In this document: positions 16,411-24,143 of the stretch, one piece after another
How the letters are laid out: each line of letters begins with the position of its first letter
Numbering within the stretch: the stretch's first letter is position 1
Assembly: GCA_020632075.1 (NCBI GenBank)
Contig: JACKGH010000001.1
Coordinates: 1-40,132, forward strand
Direction: 5' to 3'
DNA: 40,132 bases
Source of the DNA: Candidatus Nomurabacteria bacterium
Lineage (GTDB): Bacteria > Patescibacteriota > Minisyncoccia > Phycocordibacterales > UBA918
The notes under the pieces: model-generated
The model's database searches: none
Told to the model about the DNA's origin: nothing
Seen by the model: only the letters and a program-made list of their open reading frames with translations
Position numbers and translations under genes: made by a program

Positions 16411-16492
16411 TGCGCAGGAGAGGACTTGAACCTCCACGGATTGCTCCACTAGTGCCTAAAACTAGCGCGTATACCAATTTCGCCACCTGCGC
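16411..16492 (-). tRNA. tRNA-Leu (anticodon TAG), long variable arm
   Basis: Cloverleaf folded by hand. Acceptor GCGCAGG/CCTGCGC, anticodon stem CTAGT/ACTAG, loop TTTAGGC, T-loop TTCAAGT. CCA is not encoded. Confidence 0.9.
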
Positions 16493-16579
16493 GTCGGGTC
16501 GGAGTATAGCAAATATTGTTCGAGAGTGCGAGTTGAAGGGGTGTAACTGCGAGGTTTTGGCTTTGTTATAATCATTGCA

Positions 16580-17737
16580 TTGCAACGAGCTGTGTCTAAA
16601 ATTGAGTGGCTGAAAGATCGAGCAGCTACTTTGCCTATAGAATTGTCGATAGTGCTTCCGGTCAACTTGTGTGTGCTGTGGCTGTTGTTGTTTTTGGGTA
16701 GCTCAGAATATGCAACAGCTTCAGTTGACTCGCACCTGAGTTGGTATGCGTCATTAGCTGCTCTTCTGTCTCTTGTGTATGTGATGCTGTTCGTGTGTGG
16801 TTTACTCGTGCCGACATTGCAAACCAACACTAAGCGGCATGGATTCTTGTACAATACAGTGCGGTATTTTGCTTCGTGGAGTTCGTTTGCAGTACTGGTA
16901 GCTTCATATCTATTGCTTGTTGGTGTCGTGTATCTTTCTTCCAATATTGAGTACACCGGACTGATGACGCTGTGGCATCTTGAGCTTGATGTGTTCTTTC
17001 GAGTGCCAGAGTTATTACAGGCTATACTGACCTACTGCTCGTGGCCTCAGTTATTTGACTACATATCTCATGTGTATACCAACTTGGTGATTATCGTGCT
17101 CTTGTTCATATTGTTCTTTTCTTTTGTTTCGACACGGTTGGCGCGGCAATATGTGTTGTCGTTGTATCTTTCGGCACTCGTCTCAATACCACTTTGGTTG
17201 CTTTTCCCGACAATCGCTCCGCTTCAAGCGACTATCACTGATAGTTTCTCTGAGTTTTCTCGACATGAAGAGCTACTCATTGCAACTGCTCCATACACTG
17301 AAGTATTTAATTCTTTTACTGATACGGCATGGAATGAACACACCAATTTTTTCGTTAGTTCTTGGGATGGGTTAGTCCAAGATGGCTTTGGGTACACGAT
17401 CAGCAATAATCCAAGTATGCATGTTATTTGGTGTGTGTTGCTGTTTGTGTACCTTTCGCGGTTACATCGATTGTTGAGTGTGTACGCTACGTTTCTTCTT
17501 GCTGGTGGAGTGATCGGCACTGTGTATTTTATGCAGCACTACCTGATCGATCTGGTGACTGGAGCTCTCGTAGCATGGGGTACGGTCAAGCTTGTAGACA
17601 GACTATATGCTCGTGCAGAACAGAGTGGTCGAGTGGATATACAGTTTTGGTTTTCCACGATTCTGTTTCTAGAGCGACTAAGAGTAAGAGTGTCTGCTGG
17701 TCTGTGTCAGCTGGTGGAAAGGGCGGTTCGTAAATAG
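16580..17737 (+). CDS. PAP2-superfamily-like polytopic membrane protein (start uncertain, TTG)
   Basis: 385 aa. C-terminal motifs PSMH and HYLIDLVTG resemble the PAP2 motifs PSGH and SR..H...D. A TATAAT box lies 7 nt upstream of the TTG. Confidence 0.6.
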   Translation: MQRAVSKIEWLKDRAATLPIELSIVLPVNLCVLWLLLFLGSSEYATASVDSHLSWYASLAALLSLVYVMLFVCGLLVPTLQTNTKRHGFLYNTVRYFASWSSFAVLVASYLLLVGVVYLSSNIEYTGLMTLWHLELDVFFRVPELLQAILTYCSWPQLFDYISHVYTNLVIIVLLFILFFSFVSTRLARQYVLSLYLSALVSIPLWLLFPTIAPLQATITDSFSEFSRHEELLIATAPYTEVFNSFTDTAWNEHTNFFVSSWDGLVQDGFGYTISNNPSMHVIWCVLLFVYLSRLHRLLSVYATFLLAGGVIGTVYFMQHYLIDLVTGALVAWGTVKLVDRLYARAEQSGRVDIQFWFSTILFLERLRVRVSAGLCQLVERAVRK

Positions 17738-17788
17738 TATATGATGCTGTACTCTATAGGGTGAAGCATTGCTAGTGTAGTTTTTGGT

Positions 17789-18409
17789 ATGAAATTTTCA
17801 AATACGATCGGAAAGATGCGGTATAAGACATATGTCGTTGCGGCTGTGAGCTATGTGTTTGCGGGGTATTTCTTTTTGTATGGCAACTCCAATGAGTCAT
17901 GGGTGTTTCTCTTGATCTTCGGTACGTTTTGGTTACTGGTCTCGATGTACAACACGGTGATCGAAGTTGATGTACAGACAAAATTGGTCAAAAAACAGAA
18001 GCGGTTTGGTCCAGTAACCTTTGCAGCAACACAGGTGCCGGTTGAAACATATGGCGCAGTTATGTTGCGACCATGGGCAGAGGTCTATAGCAACAACATT
18101 AGTCGGCAAGCAACGGCGTATTGTTATTTAGTGACTAAAGATAAGTTGCCTACAATTCGAGAAGCATATGAAGCACAACAGGCTGCTCTCCATGGTCCGG
18201 ATCTGACTGCTCCACCAACAGTTGGTGATGTGGCTCATAAGATCATGGACACGATCCATAACGGCTCGACCCAGCCATCGAAGCTGACCATGAACGCTGG
18301 ATTGATAGTGACGGAAGCACCGGTCGAGCGTGTGCACGAGGTGAGAGGGGTGGCGGCACAGCTGGCTGAGCAACTTGGTTTACCAATGTATGATTTCTGT
18401 GTGCGGTAA
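17789..18409 (+). CDS. hypothetical membrane protein, 206 aa
   Basis: Two N-terminal TM helices. The start context is TTTTGGTATGAAATTTT. Confidence 0.6.
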   Translation: MKFSNTIGKMRYKTYVVAAVSYVFAGYFFLYGNSNESWVFLLIFGTFWLLVSMYNTVIEVDVQTKLVKKQKRFGPVTFAATQVPVETYGAVMLRPWAEVYSNNISRQATAYCYLVTKDKLPTIREAYEAQQAALHGPDLTAPPTVGDVAHKIMDTIHNGSTQPSKLTMNAGLIVTEAPVERVHEVRGVAAQLAEQLGLPMYDFCVR

Positions 18410-18427
18410 GGTTGATGTTGATGACAC

Positions 18428-18465
18428 AAAAGCGGCGCGCTTCCTAAAGGAAGCGCGCCGCTTTT
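18428..18465. terminator. bidirectional intrinsic terminator
   Basis: AAAAGCGGCGCGCTTCC-taaa-GGAAGCGCGCCGCTTTT. Confidence 0.75.
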
Positions 18466-18472
18466 GATCTTG

Positions 18473-18545
18473 TCCGCCCTCAAGGACTCGAACCTTGGAC
18501 CGTCTCGTTAAGAGCGAGCTGCTCTACCAACTGAGCTAAGGGCGG
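18473..18545 (-). tRNA. tRNA-Lys (anticodon CTT)
   Basis: Hand-folded cloverleaf. Acceptor CCGCCCT/AGGGCGG, D-arm GCTC/GAGC, anticodon loop CTCTTAA, T-loop TTCGAGT. Confidence 0.85.
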
Positions 18546-18695
18546 GTGTAAAGTTGGTGCGCCTGAGTTTACAATAAACTGTGATATAAAACAAGGGTAT
18601 TTATGCCGGAGAAACGCTGGCCTGATTGAAGAAATATGTTTATACTGAGCAACTGTAAAAGTCTCAGTCTAAAGGCAGTGAGCTTTTACAAAAAA

Positions 18696-18767
18696 GTCCT
18701 GGTGGCGAAGTGGTAACGCTTCGGTCTGCAAAACCGACATGCGCGGGTTCGATTCCCGCCCAGGACT
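18696..18767 (+). tRNA. tRNA-Cys (anticodon GCA)
   Basis: Acceptor GTCCTGG/CCAGGAC, anticodon stem TCGGT/ACCGA, loop CTGCAAA, T-loop TTCGATT. Confidence 0.9.
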
Positions 18768-18774
18768 CACTTTT

Positions 18775-18880
18775 GCTGGGATGGTGGGATTGGTAGGTGA
18801 GACAGTCTGGGTGATTGTCGAACAGGGACTTATGTAAGTCCCTCCTCTACCAATCCTACTGTCTGAGTGTAGGAATGATA
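18775..18880 (+). ncRNA. tRNA-like structured spacer or tRNA-Leu-derived pseudogene
   Basis: The 5' 22 nt, GCTGGGATGGTGGGATTGGTAG, resembles the 5' end of the adjacent tRNA-Leu(TAA). There is a 10-bp stem GGATTGGTAG/CTACCAATCC (18787-18796 with 18847-18856) and an inner palindrome AGGGACTTA-tg-TAAGTCCCT. There is no T-arm and no acceptor 3' strand. Confidence 0.35.
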
Positions 18881-18885
18881 TATTT

Positions 18886-18969
18886 GCCGGGATGGTGGAA
18901 TGGTAGACACGAGGGACTTAAACTCCCTTGCCCTCAAAAAGCGTGCGGGTTCAAGTCCCGCTCCCGGCA
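18886..18969 (+). tRNA. tRNA-Leu (anticodon TAA), long variable arm
   Basis: Acceptor GCCGGGA/TCCCGGC, anticodon stem AGGGA/TCCCT, loop CTTAAAC, T-loop TTCAAGT. Confidence 0.9.
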
Positions 18970-18978
18970 CAATGTGCA

Positions 18979-19015
18979 AAAAGCCGGAAATTGCGAAGCA
19001 ATTTCCGGCTTTTTG
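18979..19015 (+). terminator. intrinsic terminator after the tRNA cluster
   Basis: AGCCGGAAATTGC-gaa-GCAATTTCCGGCT followed by TTTTTG. Confidence 0.75.
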
Positions 19016-19032
19016 CTACTGTAATTACAAAT

Positions 19033-19536
19033 ATGCGGTATACTTTTAGTACTATGAACGAAGTAGCAAATTGGCGTCGAAGCAAAAAAGCGCGCCTATA
19101 TATCATTGGAGGTTTATTACTGGTAGTTGTTTTACTAGGAATCTTTGTCGAAAGTATCCGTTGGTGGATGGTTGGTGTGGGAACCGTGCTCTTGGTAGCA
19201 CTTGGGTTTGAAATGGCTAACACTGACATTGATCTTGGAACTGCGATTCAGGAACGTTCGGTCTCTGACGCGGTTATTGAGCGCGACGCTGAAGGAAATC
19301 TCGAAGCATCTGCAGAAGGAGGTTTTCTTACGAGTATCTTGCGAGACAAGCAGGGCAATGAAGTGGCGGAAGGAACACCAGGCGCAAAGCGTACTGATGA
19401 GTACAACTGTGATGATTTCGAGACCCAATCTGAAGCACAGGTATTCTTCGATAACGCAGGCGGAATCGAAGGTGATGTGAATCGTCTTGATGGAAACAAG
19501 GATGGTGTGCCGTGTCAGGCGTTGCCGGCTAGTTAG
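19033..19536 (+). CDS. membrane-anchored protein with a C-terminal Excalibur-type calcium-binding domain
   Basis: Start trimmed to ATG 19033, because the tracked ORF runs into tRNA-Leu. Has a TM helix. The C-terminus reads YNCDDFETQSEAQVFF...DGNKDGVPCQ. Confidence 0.7.
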   Translation: MRYTFSTMNEVANWRRSKKARLYIIGGLLLVVVLLGIFVESIRWWMVGVGTVLLVALGFEMANTDIDLGTAIQERSVSDAVIERDAEGNLEASAEGGFLTSILRDKQGNEVAEGTPGAKRTDEYNCDDFETQSEAQVFFDNAGGIEGDVNRLDGNKDGVPCQALPAS

Positions 19537-19545
19537 GAAGTGAGT

Positions 19546-19584
19546 AAAAATGCGCGGCGGCCGAAGGCCGCCGCGCATTTTTTA
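19546..19584 (+). terminator. intrinsic terminator
   Basis: ATGCGCGGCGGCC-gaa-GGCCGCCGCGCAT followed by TTTTTT. Confidence 0.75.
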
Positions 19585-19632
19585 TGCAGTTTGCTATACT
19601 ATCCTGACTTACTCGAGGTAATCATTTTGACT

Positions 19633-20040
19633 ATGTCTTACAAAATCGAAGAAGTAGAGGGAATTGGACCAGAATACGGACAGAAGCTCCGTGATGTTGA
19701 TATTCAGACTACCGAAGATCTTTTGCGTCGCTGTGGCGACAAGAAAGGTCGTGAGGGTGTCTCAACCGAAACTGGTATTTCTGAAAAGCATCTACTTGAG
19801 TGGGTGAATCTCTCAGATCTCATGCGCATCAATGGTGTGGGTGAAGAGTTCGCAGATCTGCTTGAAGAAGCAGGAGTAGATACTGTTAAGGAGCTCAAGA
19901 ATCGCAACGCTGAAAACCTCGCAGCAGCGATGGCCGAGGTGAATGAAAAGAAGAATCTTACCAATCGTGTGCCATCTGCTGAAACAGTCCAGAAGTGGAT
20001 TGATGAAGCGGCTGATATGGAACCAATGGTGAGTCACTAA
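19633..20040 (+). CDS. DUF4332-like helix-hairpin-helix protein, 135 aa
   Basis: Start trimmed to ATG 19633 (MSYKIEEVEGIGPEYGQKL). A second HhH-like segment reads INGVGEEFADLLEEAGV. Confidence 0.65.
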   Translation: MSYKIEEVEGIGPEYGQKLRDVDIQTTEDLLRRCGDKKGREGVSTETGISEKHLLEWVNLSDLMRINGVGEEFADLLEEAGVDTVKELKNRNAENLAAAMAEVNEKKNLTNRVPSAETVQKWIDEAADMEPMVSH

Positions 20041-20046
20041 TTTTGT

Positions 20047-20090
20047 AAAAAGAAACAGCCGGCGCCCGAAGGGCGCCGGCTGTTTCTTTG
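20047..20090. terminator. bidirectional terminator between convergent genes
   Basis: 17-bp stem AGAAACAGCCGGCGCCC-gaa-GGGCGCCGGCTGTTTCT. Confidence 0.75.
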
Positions 20091-20093
20091 TGT

Positions 20094-20438
20094 TTAGTCA
20101 GCCTTCTTTCCGGTCTCGATCTCTCGTACGAGTTCGTCCATGTGTTGACGATGTTTTTCTCCAGCATCTACCATGAATTCAAGATGTGGAATATGCTTGA
20201 TACGAGCTTTACGCTTGAGATAGTTACGTAGTTCAGTTGCATTTCGCTTCAAGAAAATCAACGCATCCTGCTCACGCCCGTCAGGAATGGTGGTAATGAA
20301 AATGATCGCACGACGAGCATCAGGTGAGAGGTCTACGTTGGTGACGGTAATGAGAGGGTCAGTATTAGCCTCTTGCTGAATAAAAGTCGCAGCAAGTTCT
20401 TTGATAAGTTCGGTGATCCTGATGTTGCGGTCAGACAT
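20094..20438 (-). CDS. rbfA: ribosome-binding factor A
   Basis: 114 aa. Typical RbfA sequence, and lies immediately downstream of infB. Confidence 0.9.
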   Translation of the reverse strand: MSDRNIRITELIKELAATFIQQEANTDPLITVTNVDLSPDARRAIIFITTIPDGREQDALIFLKRNATELRNYLKRKARIKHIPHLEFMVDAGEKHRQHMDELVREIETGKKAD

Positions 20439-20440
20439 GA

Positions 20441-21955
20441 TTAAGTAATGACGGTGTCGTATGGCTTAAGGTAATCGCCTGGAGCGATCTCGGCTTTGGT
20501 CTCAAGTTGCATACCGAACTCGCCTTCTTCCACCTGCTGGACGTCAGACTTTGCTTGTTGAAGGTTTTTGATCACGCCAGTACCGATCTCTATATCGCGA
20601 CGGAGGATCTTCACTGATTGGCCGAGTTTGATCGTTCCCTCATCAACACGGCCGCCCATGACATGAATATGTTTCTGCATGCTGAAGTGCTTAAGGATCT
20701 TTACGGTTCCAGTCTCGATCTTCTCCTCTTTCTTCGGGGTGCGGTTCTTAAGGGCTGTTTCAAGCCATTCAGAGAGTTCGTAGATGATGTCGAAGGTATC
20801 GATCTCTACACCGAGTCGTTCTGCCAGGTCTTGTGCTGGTCGCTCAACTTTCACACTGAAGCCAACAATGATCGCGTCTTCAGTTGCACTAACGTTCTGT
20901 ACGTCATTTACGCTCACGTCACCAACCCCCTTGTCGATCACTTTTACAGTAATACGATCTGACTCGAATTTATCGAGCTCGTGCTCAATTGCGTCGAGTG
21001 TGCCAAGCACGTCAGCTTTAATGAGAAGAGGAACGACAGGTAGATTGTTGCGCTTCTTGGTGGTCGATTGCTCTTTATTTGTTTTGTTTTCGTGGTGGGC
21101 AGCAATTGCTACTTCTGCTTCTTTCTTACTATTTACCACGGTAAATTCTGATCCTACTTCAGGAATATCGGTAAAGCCAACAATACGAATTGGTGCAGAG
21201 AGCCCAGCCTCCTTCACGCTCTTGCCTTGAAAATCTTCCATGATACGCACTGGAGAATAGGTCTCACCAGAGACAACAAACTGACCGCTCTTGAGTGTGC
21301 CGTTGGTCACAATGAGAGTGGCGGTGTTACCGCGTTTTGGATCCATCTTGCCTTCAATGATCTTTCCGGTGGCTGCTGCGTTGGTGTCGCCGGTTAGTTC
21401 GGCGAGGTCGGCTGACAAGACTACGAGATCAAGGAGGTCTTCAATGCCTGTCCCTTGCTTGGCTGAGATCGGTGCCCAAGGAACATCGCCACCCATGCCT
21501 TCGATATAGATCTCGTGTTCGATAAGAGTGTTTTTGGTGCGCTGGATATCGGCGCCCGGCTTATCGATCTTGTTGATCGCGACAACGTATGGGATGTCGG
21601 CAGCTTTGATCGATTCAAGTGCTTCGAGGGTCTGTGGCTTTACACCATCTTCGGCAGAGACCATGAGAATTGCTACGTCTGCCACGTCAGCCCCACGTAG
21701 GCGCATTTTCTGGAATGCTTCGTGGCCAGGTGTGTCAAGGAAGGTAATGGTCTCCTCAGCACCGTCCTTGGTCTTGTGCGGTACTACATACGCTGAAAGA
21801 TGCTGGGTGATACCGCCAGCTTCGCCATCGACGATGTTGCTCTTGCGGATAGTATCGAGCAAGGTCGACTTGCCGTGGTCAATATGACCCATAACCACCA
21901 CGACTGGTGGTCGCTTTACTACATTTGGAGCTGCTTGTTTTGATTTTTTAGCCAT
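20441..21955 (-). CDS. infB: translation initiation factor IF-2 (short form lacking the long N-terminal region)
   Basis: G-domain motifs [17 protein letters not shown] and NKID. Start set at ATG 21955 (MAKKSK...) rather than the upstream TTG. Confidence 0.93.
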   Translation of the reverse strand: MAKKSKQAAPNVVKRPPVVVVMGHIDHGKSTLLDTIRKSNIVDGEAGGITQHLSAYVVPHKTKDGAEETITFLDTPGHEAFQKMRLRGADVADVAILMVSAEDGVKPQTLEALESIKAADIPYVVAINKIDKPGADIQRTKNTLIEHEIYIEGMGGDVPWAPISAKQGTGIEDLLDLVVLSADLAELTGDTNAAATGKIIEGKMDPKRGNTATLIVTNGTLKSGQFVVSGETYSPVRIMEDFQGKSVKEAGLSAPIRIVGFTDIPEVGSEFTVVNSKKEAEVAIAAHHENKTNKEQSTTKKRNNLPVVPLLIKADVLGTLDAIEHELDKFESDRITVKVIDKGVGDVSVNDVQNVSATEDAIIVGFSVKVERPAQDLAERLGVEIDTFDIIYELSEWLETALKNRTPKKEEKIETGTVKILKHFSMQKHIHVMGGRVDEGTIKLGQSVKILRRDIEIGTGVIKNLQQAKSDVQQVEEGEFGMQLETKAEIAPGDYLKPYDTVIT

Positions 21956-22039
21956 AAGTATCCCGTACGTTAAAAACACCCAATGGGTGTGTAAATTAGC
22001 CAATAATTACGCCGGAGTATAGCAGAGAAAGGGGGTTGT

Positions 22040-22183
22040 GGCTAGGTGACTAGCCTGACGGAAACACCCGCCGCACTTTCTGTCGACACGGGTCAAGCCC
22101 TACGCTCGCGACGGCCTTTAGTAAAGAGGCTCTGCCTCTTGACAAAAAGCCTGCTCCGCGATGTCTCTCGAAAGTGCGGCTGG
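22040..22183 (+). ncRNA. unclassified structured element, copy 3 of 3 (E3), preceded by a GNRA-loop hairpin
   Basis: GGCTAG-gtga-CTAGCC lies at 22040-22055. The closing stem is CCGCACTTTC/GAAAGTGCGG. Cores are GACACGGGTCAAGCCCTACGCTC and CTCCGCGATGTCTCTC. An inner hairpin is AGAGGC-tct-GCCTCT. Confidence 0.4.
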
Positions 22184-22274
22184 AGTCTCTAGGTCGTGTA
22201 AACGTTACGGTTTTCTTGACATAATTTAGTTTTTATTTATAAATAGGTCACCAATTTCTTGGGAGGATAGTACC

Positions 22275-22697
22275 TTGTTTAAGTCTCTCTTGACGGTGCC
22301 TGTTATTGCAACTTGTTATGCGATCTGGCCAACAGCAATTGCCTACACCGGCATAAACTCAGCCTGGGGTGGCTTCATTGCGATGTTCACCACAACGGTG
22401 GCTGTTATGGTTTGGGGGGTCGTGAGCGGCAATGTCGCAATTACTCCAGACAGTAGGTCAGTCGTTTTCATGGTGGTCGCAGGTCTGATCAACGGGATCG
22501 GAATTGTGTACCACTCAAAAGCAATGAGCGATCCTGAGGTCGTAAAGGTGATCTTTCAGCCATCAATGGCTGTCGGCATGGTGATTTTCTCTGCTTTGAT
22601 CGCATGGTTCGTGCTCAAAGAGCCGGTTTCTCTCCGTCAGGGAGTCTGGCTTGCAGCAGCGGCGTTTTGCGTGGTTATGGCCACAACCCAAAAGTAA
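22275..22697 (+). CDS. small polytopic membrane protein (EamA/SMR-like half-transporter?)
   Basis: 140 aa, 4-5 TM helices. TTG start preceded by GGGAGGA 7 nt upstream. Confidence 0.5.
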   Translation: MFKSLLTVPVIATCYAIWPTAIAYTGINSAWGGFIAMFTTTVAVMVWGVVSGNVAITPDSRSVVFMVVAGLINGIGIVYHSKAMSDPEVVKVIFQPSMAVGMVIFSALIAWFVLKEPVSLRQGVWLAAAAFCVVMATTQK

Positions 22698-22778
22698 TAG
22701 ATGCGCTGCCTTTCACGGAAACCGAGTGGAGGGCGGTTTTCTTTTGTCTATTTGGGTGAGGTGTGGCATGATTTTGGT

Positions 22779-24030
22779 ATGAAATTTTGGGGGAGGAAAA
22801 GTGGGGGTGCGAGCGGAGCGAGCGCCCGAGGAAAGGAAAAGGATGTCGCTGGTGAGCGGGTGTATTTAGACTGGGCGGCTGCGACGCCGCTACTGCCTGC
22901 GGCAAAAGCGGCGATGCTGCCATTTCTTGAAAATGATTTTGGTAATGCCAGTGCGATTCATCAGGAGGGGCAGGTAGCGCGGAGCGTGGAGGGCGCGCGA
23001 CGGAGTCGCGCGCGCCCTCCAGGTGCGTCCAGAATTCGTCACCTTCACCTCTGGAGGCACCGAAGCGAATAATCTCTCGATCATGGGGGTAATCATGCAG
23101 CTACGACAGAATTGTCGTGAGTTCACCGACATGGAAGTGGTCACGACGCGCATCGAGCATCCCTCGGTTACGAACGCAATGGCTGCGCTTGAACGACGTG
23201 GAGTGGTGGTGAAGTATGTCGATGTGGATGAAGAAGGATTTGTGAAGCTTGACCACTTGCGAGAACTCCTTTCTGAAAAAACGGTGTTCTTCTCAGTGGC
23301 GTACGCCAACAGTGAGATTGGTGTGGTGCAGAAGTTGCATGGCATCAAGAAGGCGCTGCGAGAAGCTGAGGAGAAGTTTGGTACAAAGATCATGTTTCAT
23401 CTCGATGCTGCGCAGACACCGCTGTGGTTGAATTGCCAGCTCGATGCGACGCAAGCAGATCTTCTGTCTCTGGATGCGGGGAAGTTTTGTGGACCGAAGG
23501 GGGTTGGAATACTTGTGCGCAGCCGGCGAGTAGAGTTAACGGCCGCCGCCTACGGCGGCGGCCAAGAAGCAGGCCTTCGTCCTGGTACTGAAAATGTTGC
23601 TGGAATCGTGGGAGCTGCGGTAGCGCTTGAGACTACTCAAAGAGATTGGCACGGGCGAGCGGAGCGAGCCCGTCAGGTTCGCGATGAGGGAATCAAGCGG
23701 CTTTTAGAAACTGTTCCTGGTGCAATTCTCAATGGGCCAGAAGGAGAAGATCGTCTGGCGAACAACATCAATATTTCAATTCCTGGCCTGGACACTGAGT
23801 ACGCTGCCGTGTGGCTCGATAGCAAAGGTTTCGCGGTCAGTACCAAGTCTGCGTGTAGTGGCGCGGGCGGGGGAGAGAGCGTGGTGGTGAAAGCTATTTC
23901 AAACGACACTGCCCGCGCCGCCTCCACACTCCGGATCACTCTCGGTCCTGAAACAACCATCGAAGAATTAAAGAGACTTGCTGCTGAGATCGCTTCGCAT
24001 CGCAGTATGATGAGAACATTGACTCAATAG
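22779..24030 (+). pseudogene. cysteine desulfurase (NifS/IscS class V aminotransferase) interrupted by a frameshift near 22990-22998
   Basis: The N-terminal part (LDWAAATP...HQEGQVARSVEGAR) is in one frame. ARDGVARALQVRPEFVTFTSGGTEANN...GKFCGPKGVG...SACSG continues in the +1 frame. Removing one G from GAGGGCG restores ...SVEARDGVARALQV... Confidence 0.8.
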
Positions 24031-24143
24031 TTATTCTATTGCAATATACGAAGTAACGGTACGTACTATTGAATATCAGCTCTTGTTGCATAGCTACATC
24101 GACCGATTGACAGCTGGTGCCGTATAATGAACGTAATTGATAT

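Noticed and set aside
16298-16956. ORFs of 95, 87 and 164 aa overlapping tRNA-Leu(TAG), its linked element and the PAP2-like gene start.
   Set aside because: They overlap a well-folded tRNA and repeat element, and have no start signals and implausible composition.
18815-19032. A 69-aa ORF, and the first 35 codons of ORF 18928-19536.
   Set aside because: They run through tRNA-Leu(TAA) and its terminator. The downstream protein starts plausibly at ATG 19033.
21956-22003. TTG-initiated 16-codon extension of IF-2.
   Set aside because: The extension (ANLHTHWVFLTYGIL) is not IF-2-like. The ATG at 21955 gives the usual Lys-rich start just before the G domain.
22809-23669. The 15-mer GCGAGCGGAGCGAGC is repeated at 22809-22823 and 23655-23669 within the desulfurase gene.
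   Set aside because: It is a single low-complexity 15-mer pair. By my rough estimate, about one such pair is expected by chance in a 40-kb window, and no further structure is associated with it.
24031-24143. Heat-shock operators upstream of clpB (CIRCE, CtsR box, HAIR).
   Set aside because: No TTAGCACTC-N9-GAGTGCTAA, GGTCAAA repeat or CTTGAGT-N7-ACTCAAG was found. Only a TATAAT box at 24123-24128 is present.
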